DNA of 64,000 bases from Rhodospirillales bacterium (lineage in GTDB: Bacteria; Pseudomonadota; Alphaproteobacteria; Rhodospirillales; UBA2165). The position numbers and the translations under genes were made by a program. The stretch spans positions 11,553 to 75,552 of the forward strand of contig JAYGEG010000160.1 of assembly GCA_046582495.1 (NCBI GenBank), written 5' to 3'. The notes beneath the pieces were generated by a model. The model had not been told where the DNA came from. It searched no databases and saw nothing but the letters and a program-made list of their open reading frames with translations. Below, in pieces: positions 9,458-19,482 of this stretch (position 1 is the stretch's first letter; every line of letters starts with the position of its first letter).

Positions 9458-10966
9458 TTAATTAATCCCGATCACCACAGATTTGTGCTCGGTGTAATGG
9501 TTGATCACTTCCTCGCCGAGATCGCGCCCGATTCCGGACTGCTTGTAGCCGCCCATCGGCATGGCCGGGTGCGGGAAGGGGGCGCTGTTTACATAGACCT
9601 GACCCGCCCGAATTTTAGGCACGAGTTGGTGAACCTTCTGGATATCACGGCTCCAAATATAGGAGGAAAGGCCGTAGGTCGTGTCATTCGCGAGCGTCGC
9701 CGCTTCATCGAGATCGTCAAATGGAATGGCAGTAATAACGGGGCCAAAGATTTCTTCCTGGACGACTTCAGAGGATTGCGGCGGATTGGCCAAGACGGTT
9801 GGCTCGACATAATAGCCGGGACCATCAATCTGCGAGCCGCCCGTTACAGCTTCGCCGCCCGCTTTAAGGCCTGCTTTAATAAAACCCATCACCTTGTCGC
9901 GGTGCGCTTCTGAGACCAGCGGTCCGATATTTGTTTCAGGGTGTAGTCCCGGTCCAACTTTCAAAGATCTAGCCTCCTTGGAAAGCCGCTCCACAGCTTC
10001 ATCAAAAATACTGCGTTGGATATAGAGCCTGGAGCCAGCGACACATACTTGGCCGGTATTTCCAAATATCCCCACAGATATGCCTTGAACGGCTTTCTCT
10101 AAATTGGCGTCATCAAGCAAGATGACAGGCGACTTGCCGCCGAGCTCAAGCGTCACATTTTTCATGGTCTCTGTCGCCGCCCGGTTAATCACCTTGCCGG
10201 TTACAGCAGAGCCGGTGAAGCTTATCTTATTGACCAAAGGGTGCTCGACCAAGGCTTGTCCGGCCTCAGCGCCAAAACCATTTACAACATTAATGACACC
10301 TGCGGGAACGCCGGCATCTAGGGCCAGTTCTGCCAATCTAAGTGTTGCCAGAGGTGTCACTTCAGAAGGTTTGATGACAATCGTGCATCCGGTTGCCAAG
10401 GCGGGTGCGATTTTCCACATGGCAATCATCAACGGGACGTTCCAAGGAACTATCGCACCGACGACGCCCACTGGCTCACGCTGAGTGTAGGCAAAGTAGC
10501 GTTTTTCCGGCATCGGCTCACCGATATTCATCGTCTTGCCATTCAGCTTGGTTGGCCAACCCGCCATATAGCGCAGCGTATCCAGGACATTGGCGACTTC
10601 GACATGTTGGCCAATAAAGCTCGGCATGCCGACATCAAGGGCTTCAAGTTGGCCAAGTTCTTCCGCATGACCTTCAATGAGATCGGCAAAACGATGCATC
10701 AGGCGTTCGCGGTTTGCCGGCGGCATATCCCGCCACATTGGATCATTAAGCGCCGCATTGGCCGCTTGCACTGCCTGATCGATATCTTCGGCGGTGCCGA
10801 CCGGGATTTGCGTTAGCACCTCGGCGTTTGACGGATCAATAACCGAGATCGAATCGTTACCGCTGCCGGCGACCCATTGGCCGCCAATGAAATGTTTCTT
10901 TTCCTGATCCAAAAAACGTTGGGTATCGGGGATCAAGGTACTTAGATCATTTGCCATCACGTTCAT
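9458..10966 (-). CDS. NAD(P)-dependent aldehyde dehydrogenase
   Basis: 502 aa with ALDH motifs: LELGGKSP (catalytic Glu region), GQVCVAGSR (catalytic Cys), EEIFGPV. Strong SD (AAGGAGA) 16 nt downstream of the upstream ThDP-enzyme gene. Confidence 0.9.
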   Translation of the reverse strand: MNVMANDLSTLIPDTQRFLDQEKKHFIGGQWVAGSGNDSISVIDPSNAEVLTQIPVGTAEDIDQAVQAANAALNDPMWRDMPPANRERLMHRFADLIEGHAEELGQLEALDVGMPSFIGQHVEVANVLDTLRYMAGWPTKLNGKTMNIGEPMPEKRYFAYTQREPVGVVGAIVPWNVPLMIAMWKIAPALATGCTIVIKPSEVTPLATLRLAELALDAGVPAGVINVVNGFGAEAGQALVEHPLVNKISFTGSAVTGKVINRAATETMKNVTLELGGKSPVILLDDANLEKAVQGISVGIFGNTGQVCVAGSRLYIQRSIFDEAVERLSKEARSLKVGPGLHPETNIGPLVSEAHRDKVMGFIKAGLKAGGEAVTGGSQIDGPGYYVEPTVLANPPQSSEVVQEEIFGPVITAIPFDDLDEAATLANDTTYGLSSYIWSRDIQKVHQLVPKIRAGQVYVNSAPFPHPAMPMGGYKQSGIGRDLGEEVINHYTEHKSVVIGIN

Positions 10967-10982
10967 AACATTCTCCTTGCGA

Positions 10983-12641
10983 CTAATACGTCATCATAAT
11001 GTATTTCCACGGGCTCTTTTCGGTATTGCGATCGACCTTGACTTCGATAAGCGCCGGGCCGCCTTTTTTGATCGCCAAATCCAAAGCGGTTTTTAGCTCA
11101 GCTGGGCTTTCCGCATTATAGCCATCAATGCCGAAGGCTTCAGCTAAAGCCTTAAAATCAGGATTTTGCAGTTCGCTACCAAGCGGTTGGCGTTTATAAA
11201 TCCGCCGCATATCACGGCGAACATTGCCAAAAGCCGAGTTGTTCATGACGATTGTGATCAAACCGAGTTGTTCTTGTGCAGCGGTCGCCAATTCCTGAAC
11301 GCCGAACATAAAACCACCATCGCCGGTAACCGAGATCACCACTTTATCCAGATTGCCCGCCTTGACGCCGAGTGCGGCCTGAAAGCCAAATCCTAAATTA
11401 CCCTGAAATCCGCAGGTAACGTAAGTTCGAGGTTCATAAACCGGAAAAGCAAAGGTCGAGGTAAAGCCGATCTGATTTATCTCCTCAACAAAAAAGCCAT
11501 CGCGCGGCAGCGCCTCGCGGATTACCTTTAGATAATCAACATGGGGTTTAATCTCTTGCACTTTTTCATTCGCCCAAGACTTGGAATGAGCGATATCGGC
11601 GAGAGCTGTTGAGCGTGGCTTGTAGCCTTTGATCGCTTTTGTAAGCGCTCGGGTACCTTCCGCAGAATCAGCGATAATCCCGGCATGAGGAACCAGCCGT
11701 TCCATTTCTTCAGGGTCAATATCAATACGAATAAGATGCGGCGGTGCCAATGGATCGACGATGGCCCCCATCGGATTTGACCAGCGCATATAGGGCATCT
11801 CTAATCGAGAGCCGATACCAATCAATACATCGGCGTCTCGCCAAAGGTTGTGGGCCGCAACGTTAGAGGCACCTAGTTCATGATCCTCGCTGATGATACC
11901 GCGTCCGCCTCGATTAGCACTCACCGGGGCCTGCAAAGTCTCGGCCAATTCAAGGACGGCTTCACTTGCGTGCAGTGCACCACTTCCCACCAAAATAATA
12001 GGATTGGTCGCTTTTTTGACCAGCTTGGCAGCGGCGGCAATTTCCTCCGCGTTAATGGCCGGCGGGGCATCTGTTTCCGCCCGCGGTAATATCCCAACCA
12101 TTTCATTTTGTGCCATGTCATCCCAGCACATTTCAACCGACACCGGACCGGGACGTCCCGATGTCATAACCCTGAAAGCCTCATTGATAATTTCGGGTGC
12201 ATCCTCAGCGCGTTCAATGCGGACGGACCATTTGGTTATTGTTTGCAACGTTGCTATTTGATCGGGTAGTTCATGCAAATGCCCCCGAAGTTTGCCCATT
12301 GCATCGCGGGGAATTTGGCCGGTTACGCAAAGTACAGGCACGTTCGCGCCCCAGGCCGTGCAAAGCGCTGCCATGGTATTTAAAACGCCGGGGCCTGGGA
12401 CGACAGAATAGATGCCGGGCCGCCCGGTTGATTTGGCGTAGCCATAGGCCATGTAGGCCGCACCCTGTTCGTGGCGTGCGCCGATGGTCCGAATACGCGA
12501 CTGCACCCGGGCGAGGGCGTCGAAAATTGGATAGGTCTGGGCGCCAGGAATGCCGAAGACGGTATCAACGTCATTGGCCAATAGCGATTGCACAATTGCT
12601 TCGCCGCCGCTCATCAATTTTTTCTGAAGGTTTTCAATCAA
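10983..12641 (-). CDS. Thiamine diphosphate-binding enzyme (acetolactate synthase/2-oxoacid decarboxylase superfamily), substrate unknown
   Basis: 552 aa. The N-terminal ThDP pyrimidine-binding domain (GIPGAQTYPIFDAL ... RHEQGAAYMAYGYA) and the C-terminal ThDP motif GDGGFMF...NN are both present. Confidence 0.8.
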   Translation of the reverse strand: MIENLQKKLMSGGEAIVQSLLANDVDTVFGIPGAQTYPIFDALARVQSRIRTIGARHEQGAAYMAYGYAKSTGRPGIYSVVPGPGVLNTMAALCTAWGANVPVLCVTGQIPRDAMGKLRGHLHELPDQIATLQTITKWSVRIERAEDAPEIINEAFRVMTSGRPGPVSVEMCWDDMAQNEMVGILPRAETDAPPAINAEEIAAAAKLVKKATNPIILVGSGALHASEAVLELAETLQAPVSANRGGRGIISEDHELGASNVAAHNLWRDADVLIGIGSRLEMPYMRWSNPMGAIVDPLAPPHLIRIDIDPEEMERLVPHAGIIADSAEGTRALTKAIKGYKPRSTALADIAHSKSWANEKVQEIKPHVDYLKVIREALPRDGFFVEEINQIGFTSTFAFPVYEPRTYVTCGFQGNLGFGFQAALGVKAGNLDKVVISVTGDGGFMFGVQELATAAQEQLGLITIVMNNSAFGNVRRDMRRIYKRQPLGSELQNPDFKALAEAFGIDGYNAESPAELKTALDLAIKKGGPALIEVKVDRNTEKSPWKYIMMTY

Positions 12642-12916
12642 AATTTAACACCTAATGCCTGATCCGAGTGTGGCCCATTGCTTCAAATAATGGTTCCCAA
12701 TGGAATGTCATTCGCCACGCTTTTTATCAACATAACCATTGGTGTCAACTGTTGTATTGAAAGTGTCCATTTTCAAGCCGTTGATTGAGGGCGGTAGCTG
12801 AATTGAGATATATTTGCCAAGAGGGCTGTTGTAACTATTATTAAAACGCTCAGCCAGGTAATTTCATGAATGCCAAAACCTGCGTCAAATAAGAGGCCAT
12901 AAACCCACGGTCCTCG

Positions 12917-13888
12917 TTACTCGTCTTCATCTGCTTTTTGCGGAGAGGAGCCGAACTTTTGCCTAAGGCCAACCCATTCTTCGAAATAGCCGATGGTGGC
13001 TACAGCAACGATGGCCCAGCTCGAAATAATCATCAAAAAATAAAACGCGCCAAGGGCAACGCCGGGAGAACGCAAAAATCGAACCAAGGTATGTGCGATT
13101 GCGAGGCCAATGAAGAAAAACGGTATTGCCAGGATCATTACGAGATTGCGCCCGACATATTCAAAAGCGCCGGATCCCAATAGTGCAATTCCGCCGCCAG
13201 CGACGATTCCCCAATAAAGCCATTCCGGTGCTCGAATTTGAGAATATTGAATAGCCGGCCTGAGATTTCGCCCGGCTTTAAGGAGGATGGTTTGCGCAAT
13301 CATGCTGTTGATCAAGGTCATGACAATCCAAGAAGAGACGATAATTGCCGGAAAAAATGGGATCAGACGTTGAACCAGAAGGTGGCGCTCAGCTGGAACG
13401 TTAAACTGGACCCGTGCGGATAAAATATTATCGAGAAAGTTTTCGATGGTTTTGGGAAAGCCCCCCGGTGCATCAAAATACGTCACTGAACTTATTACGA
13501 GCACGATTGCGCCAAGAGCCGCCAATCGCGAGAGAACCTCGCCCATGGGGAACCGGTGTGTTGTGCCATCTCGCGCCGTTCTCGTCATCAAGGTGTAGCG
13601 CACGATCAACCAAGCAGGCAGGGCGACGGTAATGCCGAATAATGCGCCTTGGAATATATTGGTGAGAAAAATTGCGCCAAAGACACCGGCTGTCGCCGCT
13701 ATGCCCGCGCTTTTTGGGCCGCCGCTGAGTCCTATTAATAACATAGGAAGAAGGGCGAAATATGCGAGCACAAGACCGATGCCAGAACCATAGGCGACGG
13801 CTACAGAGAGTAGTGCACTGGCGAGGCCAGCGCCGATAGCAATGAACGTATCTTTATTCATCCCGCTTTGTCCCACCTCGTTGATCAT
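12917..13888 (-). CDS. Polytopic membrane protein (DUF2232-like), the usual partner of rpsR/rplI in alphaproteobacteria
   Basis: 323 aa with about 8 hydrophobic segments. The family name comes from memory of the conserved rpsF-rpsR-membrane protein-rplI arrangement and was not searched. Confidence 0.55.
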   Translation of the reverse strand: MINEVGQSGMNKDTFIAIGAGLASALLSVAVAYGSGIGLVLAYFALLPMLLIGLSGGPKSAGIAATAGVFGAIFLTNIFQGALFGITVALPAWLIVRYTLMTRTARDGTTHRFPMGEVLSRLAALGAIVLVISSVTYFDAPGGFPKTIENFLDNILSARVQFNVPAERHLLVQRLIPFFPAIIVSSWIVMTLINSMIAQTILLKAGRNLRPAIQYSQIRAPEWLYWGIVAGGGIALLGSGAFEYVGRNLVMILAIPFFFIGLAIAHTLVRFLRSPGVALGAFYFLMIISSWAIVAVATIGYFEEWVGLRQKFGSSPQKADEDE

Positions 13889-13906
13889 TTATCAACAGCA
13901 AGATAA

Positions 13907-13936
13907 AGGCCCGCGCTCAAATTTAAGTGCGGGCCT
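13907..13936 (-). terminator. Hairpin between rpsR and the downstream membrane-protein gene (possible partial terminator)
   Basis: 8-bp GC-rich stem AGGCCCGC/GCGGGCCT with a 14-nt loop. The minus-strand 3' flank TTATCTTGCTGT is only moderately U-rich. Confidence 0.35.
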
Positions 13937-13970
13937 CCAAAAATGCGTAATTTAATAGACTGATTTAGAA

Positions 13971-14258
13971 CTACTGTTGTACGTATGGCAAAAGCGCTAA
14001 GAAACGTGCGCGCTTGATTGCCCGGGCCAATTCACGTTGTTTCTTTGCAGAAACCGCCGTGATGCGACTTGGGACAATTTTACCGCGTTCCGAAATGTAG
14101 CGGGACAGCAGTTTTGTATCTTTGTAATCAATCTTTGGAGCGTTAGAGCCTGAAAACGGGCAGGTTTTACGACGCCGAAAGAACGGGCGACGTCCGCCAC
14201 CACCACCACCTGAACGTGAGCTGTCATTTGAGGAGCTCGATCTATCAAAATCCGCCAT
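13971..14258 (-). CDS. rpsR: 30S ribosomal protein S18
   Basis: C-terminal two thirds match S18 (CPFSG...[50 protein letters not shown]). The N-terminal Ser/Gly-rich extension contains GGGGGG. Confidence 0.95.
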   Translation of the reverse strand: MADFDRSSSSNDSSRSGGGGGGRRPFFRRRKTCPFSGSNAPKIDYKDTKLLSRYISERGKIVPSRITAVSAKKQRELARAIKRARFLALLPYVQQ

Positions 14259-14755
14259 TATTTTTCTCCCTCAGCTTTAGGTTCTTCTTTGGTTTCAGCT
14301 TTAACTTCTGGTGCTGCATCCGCCTCTGGCTTAGCTTCAGTTTTAGCTTCAGTTTTAGCTTCCGGTGCGGCTTTTGCCTCAGTCTCTGCTGGTTTGTTGT
14401 CATAATTCCGCGCTGGACGGTCATCTCGGCTAGAGCGAACCTGCGCTTGAACGGAAGGACCTTCCTCAAACTCATCAACACGCAACGTCAGGTGACGAAG
14501 AACATCTTCGTTCAATCGCATCAAACGTTCCATTTCGTGCATTGCTTCAGCAGGCGCATCGATATTGAAAAGGACGTAATGACCTTTGCGGTTTTTCTTG
14601 ATTTTGTAGGCAAGAGAGCGAAGACCCCAGTTTTCACGTTTTTCAACGCTACCACCGTTATCTTTAATGACACTTTCGAAAGTGTCGGCTAGAGCATCTA
14701 CCTGTTGAGTAGATATTTCCTGACGTGCGATTAGCACGCTTTCGTATAAAGACAT
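14258..14755 (-). CDS. rpsF: 30S ribosomal protein S6 with a Lys/Glu/Ala/Pro-rich C-terminal tail
   Basis: N-terminus [19 protein letters not shown]... and the core are canonical S6. The tail is ...[42 protein letters not shown]. Confidence 0.95.
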   Translation of the reverse strand: MSLYESVLIARQEISTQQVDALADTFESVIKDNGGSVEKRENWGLRSLAYKIKKNRKGHYVLFNIDAPAEAMHEMERLMRLNEDVLRHLTLRVDEFEEGPSVQAQVRSSRDDRPARNYDNKPAETEAKAAPEAKTEAKTEAKPEADAAPEVKAETKEEPKAEGEK

Positions 14756-15027
14756 ATTTTATCCTTTCGGCTTGTCTCAGCCCAGTCAGATCACCATTGA
14801 TCCGTTCCAGGCATAGCCACTAACCGCATGCGATTAACTGGCAAGGAAATGTGAGCGGCGCACTATACAGATATTCATATTCTATGCAAGCGTCCCGCGG
14901 CACTTTAATAGGGGTTTTTGAATTTTTCAAATTTGGCAGGAAACCGGCTGAATTCGCAGCTTTGCTTGACAGTTATTGCACGTCGTTTATCACTCAATTT
15001 AAGATTTTTATTAAAGATGGACAAAAA

Positions 15028-15963
15028 ATGACAAAAGCTTTCGTTTTTCCGGGCCAGGGATCGCAGGCAGTCGGTATGGGCCAAGAACTCGCGGCCGCAT
15101 TTCCGGTTGCAAAACAGGTCTTTGAACAAGTCGATGAGGCTCTTGGGCAAAAATTATCGAAATTGATGTTTGAAGGTCCGGTGGAAGATCTCACTCTTAC
15201 TGCAAATGCCCAGCCAGCCTTGATGGCGGTGAGCCTTGCCATCATGCGGGTGCTTGAAACAGAAGGCGGATTAGACCTCGGAAAGGCGGCTAAATATGTC
15301 GCCGGACATTCTCTTGGTGAATATTCGGCGCTTACCGCGGCTAAAGCCATTGGCATTGCTGACGCAGCTCGGGTTTTGAAAACACGCGGAACGGCCATGC
15401 AAGAAGCTGTACCGGTTGGCGAGGGAACAATGGCTGCAATTATGGGCGTTGAAATGGATGTTGCGGAAGAGATTGCCGCAGAAGCCGCTCAAGGCGAGGT
15501 CTGTACGGCTGCCAACGACAATGCACCCGGGCAGATCGTCTTAAGCGGAGCTACGGCGGCAGTGGAGCGCGCCGTTGCAATCGCCGCTGAAAAGGGCGCA
15601 AAACGAAGTATTTTATTACCGGTTAGTGCACCATTTCATTGCGCGATGATGGCACCGGCAGCAGATGTGATGGCTAAAGATTTAGCAGCGCTTCTTATTG
15701 ATGAGCCAATGGCACCCGTTGTAGCAAACGTTAGCGCTGAGGCAGCTTCGGCGCCGGACGAAATCCGCAGATTACTGGTTGAGCAAGTAACGTCTCGGGT
15801 GCGCTGGCGGGAATCGGTTCTCTATATGAAAGATAATGGTGTTGATACCTTTGTTGAGATTGGTGCCGGTAAAGTCCTAACTGGATTGGCGAGGCGCATT
15901 GATCGCGATCTCATCGGCATTTCAATTCAAACTCCGGCCGATATCGAAGAATTTTTGAAATAG
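15028..15963 (+). CDS. fabD: Malonyl-CoA:ACP transacylase
   Basis: MTKAFVFPGQGSQ start motif and active-site GHSLGEYSAL. The track ORF begins at 14851, but the conserved N-terminus starts at the ATG at 15028. Confidence 0.93.
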   Translation: MTKAFVFPGQGSQAVGMGQELAAAFPVAKQVFEQVDEALGQKLSKLMFEGPVEDLTLTANAQPALMAVSLAIMRVLETEGGLDLGKAAKYVAGHSLGEYSALTAAKAIGIADAARVLKTRGTAMQEAVPVGEGTMAAIMGVEMDVAEEIAAEAAQGEVCTAANDNAPGQIVLSGATAAVERAVAIAAEKGAKRSILLPVSAPFHCAMMAPAADVMAKDLAALLIDEPMAPVVANVSAEAASAPDEIRRLLVEQVTSRVRWRESVLYMKDNGVDTFVEIGAGKVLTGLARRIDRDLIGISIQTPADIEEFLK

Positions 15964-15972
15964 GAGTTATTT

Positions 15973-16710
15973 ATGTTTGATCTCAGTGACAAAAAGGCAT
16001 TGATCACCGGCGCATCCGGTGGCATTGGCGGGGCGATTGCCAAAGCGTTGCATGCAGCAGGGGCAACGGTAACTCTATCCGGCACACGGGTTGATGCATT
16101 GCAATCATTGGCCGACGAATTGGGCGAGCGAAACCACGTCATTGCCTGTGATTTATCGAATTCGGAAGGCGCTCAACAACTTATTAAAGATAGCGCTGAA
16201 GCCATGGGCGGTCTCGATATTCTGGTCAACAATGCTGGCCTTACCCGCGATAATCTCGCCATGCGGATGAAAGACGAAGATTGGCAAACTGTTCTTGATG
16301 TCAATTTAACGGCGAGTTTCCAACTTTCTCGGGCCTGTCTGCGCGGCATGATGAAACAACGGTTTGGCAGGATCGTCGGTATTACCTCTATCGTTGGTGT
16401 GACAGGCAATGCAGGACAAGCCAACTATGCCGCCTCCAAGGCCGGCATGATCGCGATGTCTAAGTCATTGGCGCAAGAAGTCGCTTCTAGAGGCATCACT
16501 GTAAACTGTATTGCACCTGGATTTATCGTAACACCGATGACGGATGGGCTTGCTGATGATCAAAAAGAATCTTTGTTGAGCGGCATTCCTTCTGGTCGGT
16601 TGGGCGAGGTTGAGGATATCGCTGCTAGCGTGGTTTTTCTTGCCAGCAATGAAGCCAGTTACATCACCGGACAGACACTTCACGTAAACGGCGGTATGGC
16701 AATGATTTAA
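15973..16710 (+). CDS. fabG: 3-oxoacyl-ACP reductase
   Basis: 245-aa SDR with TGASGGIG, NNAG and YAASKAG motifs. Located between fabD and acpP. Confidence 0.93.
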   Translation: MFDLSDKKALITGASGGIGGAIAKALHAAGATVTLSGTRVDALQSLADELGERNHVIACDLSNSEGAQQLIKDSAEAMGGLDILVNNAGLTRDNLAMRMKDEDWQTVLDVNLTASFQLSRACLRGMMKQRFGRIVGITSIVGVTGNAGQANYAASKAGMIAMSKSLAQEVASRGITVNCIAPGFIVTPMTDGLADDQKESLLSGIPSGRLGEVEDIAASVVFLASNEASYITGQTLHVNGGMAMI

Positions 16711-16864
16711 GGTGTATAGGGTGTTCTCGAAAAGACCTTTAACCCGGTGCTGGTAAAGCAAAACAAAGTATGTTACGAAATCGTGAAATTCAGATTTCTA
16801 AGAACATGTATTTAAGTTGCCGTAAGGCGTTAATTCCAATCAAATTGAGTTGAGGTAGAACAAA

Positions 16865-17098
16865 ATGAGCGATGTTTCTGACCGCGTAAAAGGTATTATT
16901 GTTGAGCACTTGGGTGTGGATGCAGACAAAGTTACCGATACGGCGAGTTTTATTGATGATCTTGGTGCTGACAGTCTCGACACTGTTGAGCTTGTTATGG
17001 CATTTGAAGAAGAATTCGGCTGTGAAATTCCGGATGATGCTGCTGAGAAAATTCTGACAGTCAAAGATGCAGTTGATTTCCTTTCTTCGGCAACTTAA
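16865..17098 (+). CDS. acpP: Acyl carrier protein
   Basis: 77 aa with the phosphopantetheine attachment motif [12 protein letters not shown]. Confidence 0.97.
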   Translation: MSDVSDRVKGIIVEHLGVDADKVTDTASFIDDLGADSLDTVELVMAFEEEFGCEIPDDAAEKILTVKDAVDFLSSAT

Positions 17099-17111
17099 TC
17101 ATCAAAAAATT

Positions 17112-17146
17112 AAAATGCCCGGTATCAACTGGGCATTCTCTTTTTC
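17112..17146 (+). terminator. Hairpin/attenuator after acpP
   Basis: ATGCCCGG/CTGGGCAT stem (8 bp including one G-U) with a 6-nt loop, followed by TCTCTTTTTC. This is the typical partial terminator between acpP and fabF. Confidence 0.6.
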
Positions 17147-17174
17147 AGATTAAAACGAAGTAGCGCGAATCAAA

Positions 17175-18437
17175 ATGAGACGTGTGGTTGTTACAGGTAT
17201 TGGTCTGGTTACACCGCTTGCCTGCGGGACCGACCTGACGTGGAATAGATTGATCGAAGGAAAATCGGGCTTAGGTCCGATTAAGTCTTTTGATCCATCA
17301 AGGCTATCATCTCGAATTGCTGGCGAAGTGCCGCGCGAAGAAGGTGGCGAAGGCAGCTTCATTGTCGATGATTTAATTCCCACCAAAGAACAACGCCGGA
17401 TGGATACCTTCATCCAATACGGTCTCATTGCCTCAGATATTGCGATTGCCGATTCTGGTTGGGCACCAACAGATGAAGAGAGCCTCGAAAAAACAGGCGT
17501 TCTTATTGGCTCTGGCATCGGTGGCCTGCCAGAGATCGAAGCAAGTGCAGCTAAAATCCATGCGGGGAATTTTCGTCGGCTTAGTCCGTTTTTCATTCCT
17601 TCAAGTTTGATCAATCTTGCGTCCGGCCAAGTTGCTATCAAACATGGCTTCAAAGGTCCAAACCATGCAGTCGTTACGGCGTGTTCGTCGGGTGCGCATG
17701 CCATTGGAGATGCAGCGCGGATTATCATGTGGGAAGATGCCGACGTGATGGTTGCCGGCGGTGCTGAAGCGGCGATTTGCGAGTTGGGTGTCCATGGTTT
17801 TGCCCAAGCTAGGGCGCTTTCAACAGGTTTTAACGATACCCCGGAAAAAGCATCTCGTCCGTGGGATGTCGATCGAGACGGTTTTGTCATTGGCGAAGGT
17901 GCCGGGGTCGTCGTGCTGGAAGAATTAGAGCACGCCAAAAAACGCGGCGCTAAAATTTATGCTGAAATTATTGGCTATGGAATGTCGGGTGATGCCCACC
18001 ATATTACTGCGCCGGCGGCTGACGGTAACGGAGCCTTCAGATCAATGCAGGCGGCGCTTAAACGCGCGGAGCTAAATCCCGAAGATATCGATTACGTGAA
18101 TGCGCATGGTACTTCAACGCCGCTGGGTGACGAGATAGAACTTGCGGCAGTAAAACGATTATTTGGCGACGCTGCGTATGACATCGCGATGTCCTCAACT
18201 AAATCCGCTATTGGACATTTATTGGGTGCCGCGGGCGCGGTTGAGGCGATATTCTCAATTCTGGCAATTCAGAACAATATCGTTCCACCAACATTGAATC
18301 TCGATAATCCTTCAGATGGATGTGACATTAATCTCGTACCGCATGAGGCCCAGGAACGCCCAGTTCGCAGAGCCTTATCAAACTCCTTTGGATTTGGTGG
18401 TACGAACGCCAGTCTAGTCATTTCTGAATTGGTTTAA
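17175..18437 (+). CDS. fabF: 3-oxoacyl-ACP synthase II
   Basis: 420 aa. MRRVVVTGIG start, active-site Cys region AVVTACSSG, and His motifs NAHGTSTP and GHLLGAAG. Confidence 0.95.
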   Translation: MRRVVVTGIGLVTPLACGTDLTWNRLIEGKSGLGPIKSFDPSRLSSRIAGEVPREEGGEGSFIVDDLIPTKEQRRMDTFIQYGLIASDIAIADSGWAPTDEESLEKTGVLIGSGIGGLPEIEASAAKIHAGNFRRLSPFFIPSSLINLASGQVAIKHGFKGPNHAVVTACSSGAHAIGDAARIIMWEDADVMVAGGAEAAICELGVHGFAQARALSTGFNDTPEKASRPWDVDRDGFVIGEGAGVVVLEELEHAKKRGAKIYAEIIGYGMSGDAHHITAPAADGNGAFRSMQAALKRAELNPEDIDYVNAHGTSTPLGDEIELAAVKRLFGDAAYDIAMSSTKSAIGHLLGAAGAVEAIFSILAIQNNIVPPTLNLDNPSDGCDINLVPHEAQERPVRRALSNSFGFGGTNASLVISELV

Positions 18438-18443
18438 AGCCCC

Positions 18444-19424
18444 ATGGGACGCGTTCTTCGCTGGCTTGGGGTTCTCTTTTTTCTAATCATTATTGGTGTC
18501 TCGGGTCTGGGATTTTGGGGATATACTGAATTTGTGCGTCCCGGTCCACTGGCTTCTGAAAAAATAATTGTTATTCCGCGTGGTGTTGGCATTGAGCGCA
18601 TCGCTATTTTGCTGGCCCGCCACAATGTCATTAAAATTCCGCTTATACTGAGCATGGCCGCACGGACAATCGCCGCAGACAAATCACTTCAGGCGGGGGA
18701 GTTTAGCTTTCCCAAAGAAGTCAGCCCGCGCGGCGTTTTGGAAATTTTGCAAAGCGGAAAACAGGTTGTGCGGCGTTTAACGATCGCGGAAGGATTAACA
18801 ACCTTTGAGGTTCTGAGTATTTTGAAAAAAACCGAAGGTTTGTCGGGCGGCGTTGTCGTACAGGTCAAAGAGGGCGATCTATTGCCCGAAACCTATCACT
18901 TTACGTTTGGCGATAGGCGCAACACGCTTGCCAAGCGGATGCAAGATGGAATGGCAGAGGCGCTCGATACACTTTGGGCAAGACGCTCTCCTAATTTACC
19001 ATTTTCGACCAAAAATGAAGCGGCTATCTTGGCGTCAATTGTTGAGAAAGAAACCGGCCGAGCTGCAGAGCGCGCACGTGTTGCCGGTGTCTTCATAAAT
19101 CGGCTGCGCATCAACATGCGGCTGCAATCTGATCCAACCGTCGTCTATGGTCTGACAAAGGGGCAAAGCGAATTAGGTCGCCCTTTAAGCCGAAAAGATC
19201 TCAAAACGCCAAGCCGCTACAATACCTACCTCAACAATGGTTTGCCGCCGTCACCGATTGCCAATCCAGGCCGGGCGGCGATTGAGGCTGTTCTCCATCC
19301 GGCAGATACCGGAGAGCTCTATTTCGTTGCAGATGGTAGCGGTGGACATGCGTTTGCGCGCAATTTGGCCGAGCACAATCGCAATGTCGCAAAATGGCGT
19401 AAATTTCAAAAGTCAATAAAATAA
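18444..19424 (+). CDS. mltG: Endolytic peptidoglycan transglycosylase MltG (YceG family)
   Basis: 326 aa with an N-terminal TM anchor and YceG-type sequence (ILASIVEKETG, DPTVVYG, YNTYLNNGLPPSPIANPG). Follows fabF, which is a conserved position. Confidence 0.9.
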   Translation: MGRVLRWLGVLFFLIIIGVSGLGFWGYTEFVRPGPLASEKIIVIPRGVGIERIAILLARHNVIKIPLILSMAARTIAADKSLQAGEFSFPKEVSPRGVLEILQSGKQVVRRLTIAEGLTTFEVLSILKKTEGLSGGVVVQVKEGDLLPETYHFTFGDRRNTLAKRMQDGMAEALDTLWARRSPNLPFSTKNEAAILASIVEKETGRAAERARVAGVFINRLRINMRLQSDPTVVYGLTKGQSELGRPLSRKDLKTPSRYNTYLNNGLPPSPIANPGRAAIEAVLHPADTGELYFVADGSGGHAFARNLAEHNRNVAKWRKFQKSIK

Positions 19425-19482
19425 GTTACTGAAAACATTGATTAATTAAATTTACCCCGGGGCAAATTTTTAGGGCAAATTT

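Noticed and set aside
14216-14692. 158-aa plus-strand ORF, and the 78-aa minus-strand ORF 14245..14481, overlapping rpsF
   Set aside because: Both are generated by the repetitive Lys/Glu/Ala tail and the core of the S6 gene. S6 identity is unambiguous.
14851-15027. 59-codon N-terminal extension of fabD in the ORF track
   Set aside because: The conserved FabD N-terminus (MTKAFVFPGQGSQ) starts at 15028. The extension falls in the divergent rpsF/fabD promoter region and is AT-rich and non-conserved in appearance.
17150-17938. 262-aa ORF antisense to fabF
   Set aside because: It lies fully inside and opposite a very confidently identified fabF. Its translation is low-complexity and Ser/Pro/Ala-rich, typical of the antisense frame of a GC-biased gene, and no family motif is present.
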